Virus record (IMG/VR): IMGVR_UViG_3300012921_000054
Location: 1-29,194 of that record
Direction: 5' to 3' (one strand)
From: a virus
Lineage: Duplodnaviria; Caudoviricetes
DNA: 29,194 nt
Below the pieces are notes generated by a model that was given only the letters and a program-made list of their open reading frames with translations, was not told the origin of the DNA and searched no databases. Shown in pieces: positions 6,870 to 15,258 of this stretch. The position numbers and the translations under genes were made by a program. How positions within the stretch are numbered: the first letter of the stretch is position 1; every line of letters starts with the position of its first letter.

Positions 6870-7427
6870 ATGAGCATCCCCATCCCGACCGGCCTCGCTG
6901 CCGTGATCTCCACCTACGGCAACCCGGCTGCCGGCGACCAGGTGAACCCCCAGTGGTACGCCGAGAACGTCGTCCTGATGGACCTGCCGTACCGCATGGT
7001 GCTGGCGTGGGACAAGGACCAGAGCGTCCGGCGCATCCCCGTCCACAAGCTCGCGGCGCCGGACCTCAAGGCGATCCTCACCGAGATCTGGGCGCACCTG
7101 CGGCTCGAGGTGAAGAAGGAGCACGGCTTCGACCTCACCAGCGAGCAGTACGACCAGCTCACCGCCCGCAAGGCGCGCCGCTACGGCGTCGACCTCTTCG
7201 GCGGCGCGTACAACTACCGCGTCAAGCGCGGCGGCACCGAGCTCTCGATGCACGCGTACGGCGTCGCCATCGACCTCGACCCCGAGCGCAACGCGATGGG
7301 CGACACGACGCCCGCCATGCCGAAGTTCGTCGTCGAGGCGTTCGAGCGCCGTGGTTGGGTTTGGGGCGGACGCTGGAAGGGCCGCAACTGCGACGGCATG
7401 CACTTCCAGCGTGCGAGGGGAGCATGA
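6870..7427 (+). CDS. Endolysin, peptidase M15 family (L-Ala-D-Glu/D,D-peptidase-like)
   Basis: R...SMHAYGVAIDL (SxHxxGxAxD) and WGGRW...DGMHFQ zinc-ligand motifs; no cell-wall-binding domain. Confidence 0.9.
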   Translation: MSIPIPTGLAAVISTYGNPAAGDQVNPQWYAENVVLMDLPYRMVLAWDKDQSVRRIPVHKLAAPDLKAILTEIWAHLRLEVKKEHGFDLTSEQYDQLTARKARRYGVDLFGGAYNYRVKRGGTELSMHAYGVAIDLDPERNAMGDTTPAMPKFVVEAFERRGWVWGGRWKGRNCDGMHFQRARGA

Positions 7428-7657
7428 GCCCTGCCGCCAACGGCGAGAAGGGCTATCAACTCGTGCCCACGTGGTGGCCGATCCTCACCGTCGTCGTCTC
7501 CGTGGTCTTCGCCGTCGGCGGCGCCCACGCCACCAACACCCTGACCAACTCGCACCAGGACAAGCGCCTCGATGGCGTGGAGAAGCGACTCGACGCCATC
7601 GAGAGCATCGACCGCCGCCTCGCCCGCATCGAGGGCAAGCTCGGCATCAACCCCTAG
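7424..7657 (+). CDS. Single-TM plus coiled-coil lysis-cassette protein (holin/antiholin/XhlA-like)
   Basis: ATGA overlap with endolysin; WWPILTVVVSVVFAVGG hydrophobic helix then RLDGVEKRLDAIESIDRRLARIEGKL heptads. Confidence 0.6.
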   Translation: MSPAANGEKGYQLVPTWWPILTVVVSVVFAVGGAHATNTLTNSHQDKRLDGVEKRLDAIESIDRRLARIEGKLGINP

Positions 7658-7662
7658 GCACC

Positions 7663-7866
7663 ATGAGCACCAAGCGCAACAAGCCCTACCGATCCGCCCG
7701 CGAGCGTCAGCGTCGCCGCGTGAAGGCCGCCATCGTGGCGAGCGTCACCGCGGCCGGCACCGTGCTCGCGGCCTTCAACCTCGTCGACGCGAAGACCGCG
7801 GCCGCTCTCGTCAGCGCCGTCACTCCCGCGATCGCCGCCGTCGCCGCCATCTGGCAGGACAGCTAA
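7663..7866 (+). CDS. Putative holin (basic N-terminus, two hydrophobic helices)
   Basis: 67 aa: MSTKRNKPYRSARERQRRRVK, then AAIVASVTAAGTVLAAFNLV and AAALVSAVTPAIAAVAAIW. Confidence 0.55.
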   Translation: MSTKRNKPYRSARERQRRRVKAAIVASVTAAGTVLAAFNLVDAKTAAALVSAVTPAIAAVAAIWQDS

Positions 7867-7869
7867 CCC

Positions 7870-8097
7870 ATGAACCTCAACAACCTCCGAAGTCTCGACA
7901 TCGAAACGCTCGGTTTCGCGTACCGCGTGTTTGGGCGCGATGCCGTCAAGCGGGCGATCACTCCGCCCCGTGGTCCGCTGATCAACCGGGCCAAGGCCCA
8001 CGGCGACGACCCGGGCGAGATCCTTCGAAAGCGGGACAACGCCGTCGAGGCGGTGCTCGAGCTCGTCGAGGAGTTCGCCAACCTGGACAACGACTAA
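7870..8097 (+). CDS. Hypothetical protein (75 aa)
   Basis: 3 nt after previous stop, high-GC3 codon usage like neighbours. Confidence 0.6.
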   Translation: MNLNNLRSLDIETLGFAYRVFGRDAVKRAITPPRGPLINRAKAHGDDPGEILRKRDNAVEAVLELVEEFANLDND

Positions 8098-8099
8098 CT

Positions 8100-8131
8100 G
8101 GAGACCCATGCGTACCTCCGCATGGGTCTCC
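8100..8131. repeat. Perfect 13-bp inverted repeat (no U-tract)
   Basis: GGAGACCCATGCG-tacctc-CGCATGGGTCTCC. Confidence 0.8.
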
Positions 8132-8144
8132 TCACCCCTTCGCC

Positions 8145-8801
8145 ATGAGAATCTCTTTCGATCTGGACAAGCGCGCAGTGAAGCGGCTCAGCCACGCGCT
8201 CGATTCGCAGATGCCGTTCGCGACCGCGGTCGCCCTCACCCGCACCGCGGTCCAGGCGCGCGACGCCGTTCGCGAGGGGCTGGTCACCCGCTTCACGCTC
8301 CGCAACCAGTTCACCAAGAACGGGATCCGCAGCCAGCGTGCCGAGAAGCGCGACTGGCCCAACAGTTTCGCCGTCGTCGGATCGGTCTCCGGATACATGG
8401 AGATACAGGAGGACGGTGGCACGAAGACGCCCTCGGGGAAGGCGCACGTGATCCCCAAGGCGATCCGCACCAGCGAGGGGCGAGTGGTGCCGAGGGCCAA
8501 GTGGCCCGGACGCATCCTCCCATCGGACGCGCGCATCGGAGGCGGGGGACGCACGAAGGGCGCGAAGAACGGCAGCCGCGGCAAGCGCGTCCCGTTCCTG
8601 CTGCAGGAGACCGGGGGCGTGGGCGTGTACGTGCGCAAGGGGCGCAAGCGCCGCCTGGTCCGTCTCTATCGGCTCACGCGCCAGCCTCTCGCCGTCAAGG
8701 GCCGCGAGTGGCTGCGGAAGCCCGTGGAGGACACCGTCTCGGCCCAGCTCGGCAAGAACTTCGAGCGGGCGCTGAGCGAGGCCCTGCGGCCCAAGGCCTA
8801 G
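8145..8801 (+). CDS. Lambda gpZ-like/virion morphogenesis (tail completion) protein
   Basis: ATG 8145; QMPFATAVALTRTA...FTKNGI, YMEIQEDGGTK, NFERALSEAL; very basic, typical of the minor-tail-Z-like family. Confidence 0.6.
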   Translation: MRISFDLDKRAVKRLSHALDSQMPFATAVALTRTAVQARDAVREGLVTRFTLRNQFTKNGIRSQRAEKRDWPNSFAVVGSVSGYMEIQEDGGTKTPSGKAHVIPKAIRTSEGRVVPRAKWPGRILPSDARIGGGGRTKGAKNGSRGKRVPFLLQETGGVGVYVRKGRKRRLVRLYRLTRQPLAVKGREWLRKPVEDTVSAQLGKNFERALSEALRPKA

Positions 8802-8831
8802 CCCGCCGCGGCGGCCGCCCGGGCGCGGCGC

Positions 8832-8944
8832 GGGTCCTCCCGGCAGGGGGAAGAAACGGGTGGGCTCGCCCGCGCGGTTTGCCGCAAGCGTGTCGCGAAA
8901 TTTTTGCCTGTACACCCCTGTACGGCCTGTACACCCCCGTACAG
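8832..8944. other. Lambda-like cos packaging site (cosQ-cosN-cosB analogue)
   Basis: GGGTCCT (identical to lambda cosQ) 8832-8838; ACG^GGTGGGCTCGCC^CGCG (8859-8870) parallels lambda ACG^GGGCGGCGACCT^CGCG; GAAATTTTT tract; 19-bp tandem repeat 8906-8943; directly upstream of small terminase. Confidence 0.7.
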
Positions 8945-8989
8945 CCGCCCCGACGGTCGCCGCGGCCGCTAGCGCCGTGAGGTTGGCCG

Positions 8990-9571
8990 ATGCAAGAAAA
9001 AGAAGAATGGGTCTCGCTCCGCGAATTCGCGCGGCGCGTCGGCGTCGCGCACAACGCGGTGACGACGGCGCTGGCCAGCGGACGGATCGAGCGCCGCGAC
9101 ACCGACAAGAAGATCCACTGGCCGACCCAGTCCCGCGCCTGGTCCGGCGATCGCGACCTCAGCAAGGTCCGCGACAACGCGCCCGAAGAGCGCGACGACC
9201 AGGGCGACGAAGACGCGGCCTGGTACGAGGAACGCGAAGACGAGGGCGGCGACGACGCGGCCGGCCACGCGTTCAAGAAGGCCAAGGCGCGCAAGGAGAA
9301 GGCGCTCGCCGGCCTGAAGGAGCTCGAGCTCCATACCGCCCGCGGCGAGATGGTCCGCGCCAGCCACGTTCGCGGCGCGATGGCCCAGTTCGCGATCGAC
9401 GTGAGGGAAGCGGTGATGACGATCCCGGACCGCGTCGCCAGCGAGCTCGCGGCGGAGATCGCCAAGAAGGTGCCGGGCCTGGATCCGGAGACGGCGCGCG
9501 AGCTCGTGCACCGGGTCTGGCGCCGCGAGTCGCGCCTCGTGCTCGAGAGGATCGCCCGCGAGGGCAACTGA
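8990..9571 (+). CDS. terS: Terminase small subunit (Nu1-like)
   Basis: N-terminal wHTH VSLREFARRVGVAHNAV...GRI; KARKEKALAGLKELEL...GEMV; IPDRVASELA; precedes GpA. Confidence 0.85.
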   Translation: MQEKEEWVSLREFARRVGVAHNAVTTALASGRIERRDTDKKIHWPTQSRAWSGDRDLSKVRDNAPEERDDQGDEDAAWYEEREDEGGDDAAGHAFKKAKARKEKALAGLKELELHTARGEMVRASHVRGAMAQFAIDVREAVMTIPDRVASELAAEIAKKVPGLDPETARELVHRVWRRESRLVLERIAREGN

Positions 9572-9572
9572 G

Positions 9573-11510
9573 ATGGTGAACGCCGACAGCTCCTACGCCG
9601 AGGTGCAGGCCTGGCTACGCGCCGTCGCCGCGCAGAACATCGTGCCGCTCGAGGACCTCACGGTCAGCGAGTGGGCCGACGAGAACCGGAAGCTCAGCGG
9701 CCAGTCCGCCGCGGAGCCGGGCCCGTGGCGCACCGACCGGACGCCGTACCTGCGGGAGATCATGGACGCGCTCAGCGCGGACAGCGAGTACGAGTGGGTC
9801 GTCTTCATGAAGGGCGCCCAGATCGGCGGCACCGAGGCCGGCCTCAACTGGGTCGGCTACATCATCGACCGATCTCCCGGCCCGACGATGATCGTCTGGC
9901 CGACCGAGCAGGACATCAAGTCGAACGTGCGGATCCGCATCGATCCCTTCGTGCGGTCGACGCCGTGCGTGGCCGAGAAGATCGGCGACGCGGAGGGGCC
10001 GAAGGACGGCGCGAACAACACCTTCCTGAAGGAGTTCCCCGGCGGCTTCCTCGCGTTCGCGGGATCGAACAGCTCGACGTCGCTGCGGTCGAAGCCGGTT
10101 CGCAACCTCATGCTCGACGAGGTCGACGGCTACCCGAGGAACTCCAACCAGGAGGGCGATCCCGTCACCCTCGCGGAGACGCGCACGCGAACCTTCGGCG
10201 GGCGGCGAAGGATCTTCGCGGTCAGCACGCCCACGATCAAGGGCGCGTCCCGAATCGAGGAGCTCCTGCAGACGACGGACATGCGGCGCTTCTACGTGCC
10301 GTGTCCGTTCTGCGGCGTGTTCCAGGCGCTCGTCTGGGACCAGATGCGCCACGAGAAGGGGCGTCCCGATCTCGCCTGGTACGAGTGCGCGCACTGCGCC
10401 GGCCGGATCGAGAACCACCACAAGGTCGACATGCTCCCTCGTGGCGAGTGGCGGCCCGAACGCGAGGCGACCGGCCCGCGCCGTATCGGCTTCCACCTCT
10501 CCGCGCTTTACTCGCCGGTCGGGATGCTGTCCTGGTCCACCTGCATGAGCAGCTACCACGAGGCCCTCGCCGACGTGAACAAGCTGCGCGCCTGGACCAA
10601 CACCGTCCTCGGCGAGAGCTTCGCCCTGAAGGGAGAGCGCCCCGACTGGGAGCGCCTGTACCGACGCCGCGGCGGCCACGAGCTGGCCACGGTTCCGGAA
10701 GGGGTGCTGCTCATCACCGCCGGCATCGACGTGCAGAAGGACCGCATCGAGGCGGAGGTCGTCGGCTGGGGGCGTGGCCGGACCAGCTGCTCCATCGACT
10801 ACAAGACGTTTCCGGGCGACACGGCGGACCTGCACGGGGAGGCGTGGAACGGCCTGCGCGACCTGCTGTCGACCTCCTACGCGCACCCGACGGGCGTGCT
10901 CATGCCGATCCAGTCGGCGGCGATCGACAGCGGCTACGCGACGAACACCGTCTACTGCTTCGCCCGCGAGTACTCCGCCCCGAAGCTGGTGGTGATCAAG
11001 GGCGAGGACTCGCGCGACCACGCGGTGGGCCAGGCCGGCCACGTCGACGTGACGCTCGCCAGCGGGCGACGACTTCGGCGCGCGCTGAAGCGTTACCCGG
11101 TCGGCGTCTCGATGCTGAAGCACGAGCTGTACGGCTGGCTTCGGCTCGAGCGGCCGGAGGGCGCGGAGATCCCGCCGGGCTACTGCCACTTCCCGGATTA
11201 CGGCGAGGAGTACTTCAAGCAGCTGACGGCGGAGACGTGGGTCGAACGCGAGTCCCGCGGCACCGGCAAGACGCGCGGCGAGTGGCGCAAGACCCGCGAG
11301 CGCAACGAGGCTCTCGACTGCCGGATCTACGCCCGCGCGGCCGCCGCGATCCTGCGAATCGACATGTACAAGGGGCCCGACTGGGACCGGCTGGAGCTCT
11401 CGATCGGAGCCCTGTCCGCCGCGCCGCGGCAGGAGCCCGAGGCGCAGCAGCCGGCGGGACCGATCGCCCGGCCCGAGCGCCGGCGCTACCGATCTAGGGG
11501 GATCTCATGA
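9573..11510 (+). CDS. terL: Terminase large subunit, lambda GpA family
   Basis: VSEWAD, GPWRTDRTPYLREIMD, KGAQIGGTE, LMLDEVD, STPT, VPCPFC...ECAHC, GIDVQ, IDSG, RNEALDC. Confidence 0.97.
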   Translation: MVNADSSYAEVQAWLRAVAAQNIVPLEDLTVSEWADENRKLSGQSAAEPGPWRTDRTPYLREIMDALSADSEYEWVVFMKGAQIGGTEAGLNWVGYIIDRSPGPTMIVWPTEQDIKSNVRIRIDPFVRSTPCVAEKIGDAEGPKDGANNTFLKEFPGGFLAFAGSNSSTSLRSKPVRNLMLDEVDGYPRNSNQEGDPVTLAETRTRTFGGRRRIFAVSTPTIKGASRIEELLQTTDMRRFYVPCPFCGVFQALVWDQMRHEKGRPDLAWYECAHCAGRIENHHKVDMLPRGEWRPEREATGPRRIGFHLSALYSPVGMLSWSTCMSSYHEALADVNKLRAWTNTVLGESFALKGERPDWERLYRRRGGHELATVPEGVLLITAGIDVQKDRIEAEVVGWGRGRTSCSIDYKTFPGDTADLHGEAWNGLRDLLSTSYAHPTGVLMPIQSAAIDSGYATNTVYCFAREYSAPKLVVIKGEDSRDHAVGQAGHVDVTLASGRRLRRALKRYPVGVSMLKHELYGWLRLERPEGAEIPPGYCHFPDYGEEYFKQLTAETWVERESRGTGKTRGEWRKTRERNEALDCRIYARAAAAILRIDMYKGPDWDRLELSIGALSAAPRQEPEAQQPAGPIARPERRRYRSRGIS

Positions 11511-11743
11511 ACACTAACGGCATCACGCTCGAGCAGGCGATCCAGCACCGGAACGCCTGGCTCGAGGCATCTCTCGCGCTGGCCACCGCTCAGTCCTACA
11601 CCATCACCGCGGCGGGCACCACGCGCACGCTCTCACGGGTCGACGCCGCGGAGGTGCGGCAGCATCTGCAGTTCTGGGAAGCGCGCGTCAAGGCGCTGAC
11701 TCCCGGCGCCAATCGGCGCGTGCGCTTCGGGGTTCCGCTCTGA
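11507..11743 (+). CDS. Head-tail joining protein, gpW/DUF6148-like
   Basis: 78 aa between GpA and portal; AQSYTI...RTLSRVDAAEVRQHLQFWE. Confidence 0.8.
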   Translation: MNTNGITLEQAIQHRNAWLEASLALATAQSYTITAAGTTRTLSRVDAAEVRQHLQFWEARVKALTPGANRRVRFGVPL

Positions 11744-13335
11744 TGGGAGCCTTCGACCGAGCGCTCGCCCGAATCGCCCCAGAGAGGGCGCTCCGCCGGC
11801 AGCACGCTCGCGCGCAACTGAGCGCCATGGGTTCGTTCGGTGCGCCCGGCGCGCGCCGCGGCGACGACACGGCCTACGCGGGGGCGTCCGGTTTCCGGCG
11901 CACCATGCGCAGCTGGTTCCCGTTCTTCGCCCGCAACCCCGACGCCGAGGTCCTCTACGACCGCGACACGCTCGTGGCCCGCAGCCGGGACGCCTACCGG
12001 AACCAACCCATCGCGCGCGGCGCGGTGAACGCCTACGTCACGAGCGTGATCGGCACCGGCCTCGAGCTGCACTGCCGCATCGACCGAGACTTCCTCGGCT
12101 TCGAGACCGACGAGGAGGCGACGGCCTGGGAGCGAAACACGGAGCGGCTGTTCCGCGCGTGGGCCTCCAGCACGGACGCGGACGCGCGCCGCAGGAGCAC
12201 CTTCTACCGGCTGCAGCAGACGGCGTACAAGGCCGCGCTGCACACCGGCGAGGTGTTCGCGCTGCTGCCGCTCATTCAGCGGCCGAACACGATCTGCGAC
12301 CTCCGGGTGCAGATCGTCGAGGCCGACCGGGTGAGCACGCCGAGCAACAAGACCGACGGCCCGATCGACGGCGGGGGCTCGCTCTGGAGCGGAGTGGAGA
12401 CCGGGACCTGGGGCGAGCCCGTCGCCTACCACGTCGAGACGACCGTTCCCGACAAGACCGAGCTGAGCCGCTCGTGGAAGCGGGTGAACGCCTTCGGCAC
12501 GAAGAGCGGCCGCCGTCAGGTGCTCCACTTCTTCCAGGAGGACCGGCCGGGGCAGCGCCGCGGCGCGCCGTTCCTCGCCCCGATCCTCGAGCCGCTGAAG
12601 CAGGTCTCCCGCTACAGCGAGGCGGAGCTCATGGCCGCGGTGATCAGCGGCATGTTCACCGTGTTCATCAAGCGGGCCGACCCCGAGGGGGAGGTGCTCC
12701 CGAGCGTGGGCGACACGGGAGACGCCGCCGAGGCGATCGGCCTCGGCAACGGCGCGATCGTCGACCTGCAGCCGGGCGAGTCCATCGAGACCGCGAACCC
12801 CGGCCGGCCGAACGTGCAGTTCGACCCCTTCGTGACGGCGGTCGTCAAGCAGATCGCCATGGCGGTGAACCTGCCGGCGGAGGTGTTGACCCGCACCTTC
12901 AACTCCTCGTACAGCGCCTCGCGCGCCGCCATCATGCAGGCCTGGGAGGTCTTCCTGACCGAGCGCGACGGCTTCACCGACGCGTTCCTGCAGCCCATCT
13001 ACGAGGAGTGGCTGAGCCAGATGGTGGCCACCGGCCGCATCGAGGCGCCGGGATTCTTCGACGACGTCGAGGTCCAGCGCGCCTACTGCGGCGCCCGCTG
13101 GTACGGGCCCGCGCCGATGCAGATCGACCCGGTGAAGGAGGCGACCGCCGCGAAGATGCGAATCGACGCCGGCCTCTCCACCCGAGCCGAGGAGACCGAG
13201 CGCCTGGGCAACGGCGACTGGGAAGCCAACTTCGTGCAGCTCGCCCGCGAGGGTGAGCGCATGAGAGGCCTCGGACTCACGGAGGCGGCGCCGCTGGCGA
13301 TCGCCGACATACCGGACCTTCCGGAGCAATCATGA
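11743..13335 (+). CDS. Portal protein, lambda gpB family
   Basis: LVARSRDAYRNQPIARGAV, GEVF, RPGQRRGAP, SSYSASRAA, QPIYEEWL, IDPVKEATA. Confidence 0.95.
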   Translation: MGAFDRALARIAPERALRRQHARAQLSAMGSFGAPGARRGDDTAYAGASGFRRTMRSWFPFFARNPDAEVLYDRDTLVARSRDAYRNQPIARGAVNAYVTSVIGTGLELHCRIDRDFLGFETDEEATAWERNTERLFRAWASSTDADARRRSTFYRLQQTAYKAALHTGEVFALLPLIQRPNTICDLRVQIVEADRVSTPSNKTDGPIDGGGSLWSGVETGTWGEPVAYHVETTVPDKTELSRSWKRVNAFGTKSGRRQVLHFFQEDRPGQRRGAPFLAPILEPLKQVSRYSEAELMAAVISGMFTVFIKRADPEGEVLPSVGDTGDAAEAIGLGNGAIVDLQPGESIETANPGRPNVQFDPFVTAVVKQIAMAVNLPAEVLTRTFNSSYSASRAAIMQAWEVFLTERDGFTDAFLQPIYEEWLSQMVATGRIEAPGFFDDVEVQRAYCGARWYGPAPMQIDPVKEATAAKMRIDAGLSTRAEETERLGNGDWEANFVQLAREGERMRGLGLTEAAPLAIADIPDLPEQS

Positions 13336-14636
13336 CCAAGACAAGAGTCTCCACCAGCGCGCCGTGGTTCGTCCCCGGCGGGCACCTCGTCGGGCTGCGC
13401 CCGGACCTCCTCGAGGTCCTGCGCGCGATGGACGGCCGCACCCCGCGGGAGATCCGCGCGGAGCAGCGCGAGAAGAAAGAGGCCGCGTCCCCCTACTCGT
13501 TCGGCCGGCACGTCACGCCGAAGGTCGACTCCGGCCGCGTCGCCCTCGTCGGGCTCATCGGCGCGATGACCCAGTACGAGGGCGTCTGCGACTGGATGTT
13601 CGGGGGCTGCAGCCTCGAGAAGTTCATGGGCGACATGGACGCGGCCTTCTGGGATCCGGAGGTCGAGGCGATCGTGATGGTGGTCGACTCCCCCGGCGGC
13701 GAGGTCGCCGGCGTGGCGGACGCGGCCGACAAGATCCGCGCCATGGCGGCGACCAAGCCCGTCGTCGCGTTCGTTCCGGGCGACGGCTGCTCGGCCGCCT
13801 ACTGGCTGGCGAGCGCCGCGACGACGATCGTGGCCAGCCAGACCGCGTTCCTCGGATCCATCGGCGTGGTGATGACCTACGTGGACGACAGCCAGGCATC
13901 GGAGGCGGCGGGGATCCGCCGCCTCGAGTTCGTGTCGTCGGTCGCGCCGGACAAGCGGCCGGACCTCTCGACGGACGCCGGCCGCGCGCAGATCCAGGCG
14001 GTCGTGGACCAGTACGGCGAGGTGTTCGTAAGCGCCGTCGCCGGGTTTCGGGGCGTGACCGCCGAGACCGTGAAGAAAGACTTTGGCCAGGGAGGCGTCC
14101 TCATGGGCGCGGGCGCGGTGAGCGCCGGACTGGCCGACAGGGTTGGCACGCTGAAGGACGCCGTCCTCGCCGCCACCGAGCCCGCTTCGGCGGGCGACTC
14201 GTCGACGGGGGAGACCCCACCCACCACCAGCGCGATCCCCGCGCGAGGAGACAAGATGGCAAAGCTGTCTGCAACGCAGATCAAGGCCGAAAATCCTGAA
14301 GCCGCCGCGGAGATCGCGGCCGAGGGCGCAGGATCCGAGAGGGCTCGGATCACCGGCATCCTCAAGTACAACACCGCCGCCTATCGGGCGATCGCGGGCG
14401 ACAAGATCGACGCCGCGATCGCCGACGGCAAGACCACCGCGGGCGAGCTCGCGACGCAGATCCTCGACGCGCAGGCGGGCCGCAACGGCGCCGTCGCCAA
14501 GGCGCGGGCCGAGGACGCCGAAGAGGTCGTCGTCAGCGACCCGGCCACTCCGCCGGCCGAGACGGAGACCACGGCAACCAAGCCGAAGATCGACACCAAG
14601 GGCATCTACGCCCGCATGAACGGAGAAAAGAGCTAA
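13332..14636 (+). CDS. S49 prohead protease with C-terminal scaffold (lambda gpC-like)
   Basis: VDSPGGEVAG, CSAAYWLASAA, GSIGV motifs. Confidence 0.93.
   Translation: MTKTRVSTSAPWFVPGGHLVGLRPDLLEVLRAMDGRTPREIRAEQREKKEAASPYSFGRHVTPKVDSGRVALVGLIGAMTQYEGVCDWMFGGCSLEKFMGDMDAAFWDPEVEAIVMVVDSPGGEVAGVADAADKIRAMAATKPVVAFVPGDGCSAAYWLASAATTIVASQTAFLGSIGVVMTYVDDSQASEAAGIRRLEFVSSVAPDKRPDLSTDAGRAQIQAVVDQYGEVFVSAVAGFRGVTAETVKKDFGQGGVLMGAGAVSAGLADRVGTLKDAVLAATEPASAGDSSTGETPPTTSAIPARGDKMAKLSATQIKAENPEAAAEIAAEGAGSERARITGILKYNTAAYRAIAGDKIDAAIADGKTTAGELATQILDAQAGRNGAVAKARAEDAEEVVVSDPATPPAETETTATKPKIDTKGIYARMNGEKS
14256..14636 (+). CDS. Nested in-frame scaffold protein (Nu3-like)
   Basis: GAGGAG-acaag-ATG in frame within the protease gene after a low-complexity linker; AENPE...ERARITGI scaffold-like motif. 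Confidence 0.65.
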   Translation: MAKLSATQIKAENPEAAAEIAAEGAGSERARITGILKYNTAAYRAIAGDKIDAAIADGKTTAGELATQILDAQAGRNGAVAKARAEDAEEVVVSDPATPPAETETTATKPKIDTKGIYARMNGEKS

Positions 14637-15256
14637 TGGCCGTCCTCACCGAGGGGATGTACCCCTTCGAGTTCCTCGTCGGGGACCGATCCTCGATCCA
14701 GGTCGACAACGTCGTGCTCGCCACGGGGCAGAACCTCGCGGCCGGCGCGATCCTCGCCAAGACGTTCGTGGGCGCCGCGACCGGGGCGAACGCCGCCGGC
14801 AACACGGGCAACCCGACCATCGGAGCGATCGTGGTTGGCGCCGCGGCCGAAGCCGGCGAGTATCTCTGCCGCTTCACCGGCGCGACCACTTTCAACGTCT
14901 ACGGCCCGTCTGGCCAGTTCCTCGGCACCGGGGCGACGGGCACCGCGTTCGTCGCCTCCGACCGACTCACCTTCACCCTCACCGCGGGCGGCACTCCGGC
15001 CGTGGCCGGGGACAGCTTCGTGGTCACCGTGACCGAGGGCGCCTCCACGTACAAGGCCGCGACGGGTTCCGACGCGGCCGCGATCCTCGGCGTCGCGACG
15101 GACGCCACGGCCGGCGCCACGGCCACCGTCGCCGTCACCCGGCTGGCCGAGTTCCACGCGAACAAGGTCGGCTACGGCGCCATGTCGGCCGCTCAGAAGG
15201 CCGCCGCCAACGCCTCGCTCGCCCGTCGCCACGTCGTCGCCCGAGGTGGCTTCTAA
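14636..15256 (+). CDS. Head decoration protein (lambda gpD family) with inserted beta-rich domain
   Basis: GQNLAAGAILAK...AAAILGVATDA...RLAEF; ~90-aa G/A/T-rich insert; between protease and MCP. Confidence 0.85.
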   Translation: MAVLTEGMYPFEFLVGDRSSIQVDNVVLATGQNLAAGAILAKTFVGAATGANAAGNTGNPTIGAIVVGAAAEAGEYLCRFTGATTFNVYGPSGQFLGTGATGTAFVASDRLTFTLTAGGTPAVAGDSFVVTVTEGASTYKAATGSDAAAILGVATDATAGATATVAVTRLAEFHANKVGYGAMSAAQKAAANASLARRHVVARGGF

Positions 15257-15258
15257 CC

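Noticed and set aside
9615-13329. Long antisense and alternate-frame ORFs (524, 608, 577, 365 aa) over terminase and portal
   Set aside because: Arg/Gly/Pro-rich shadow frames expected from high GC3; no motifs or RBS.
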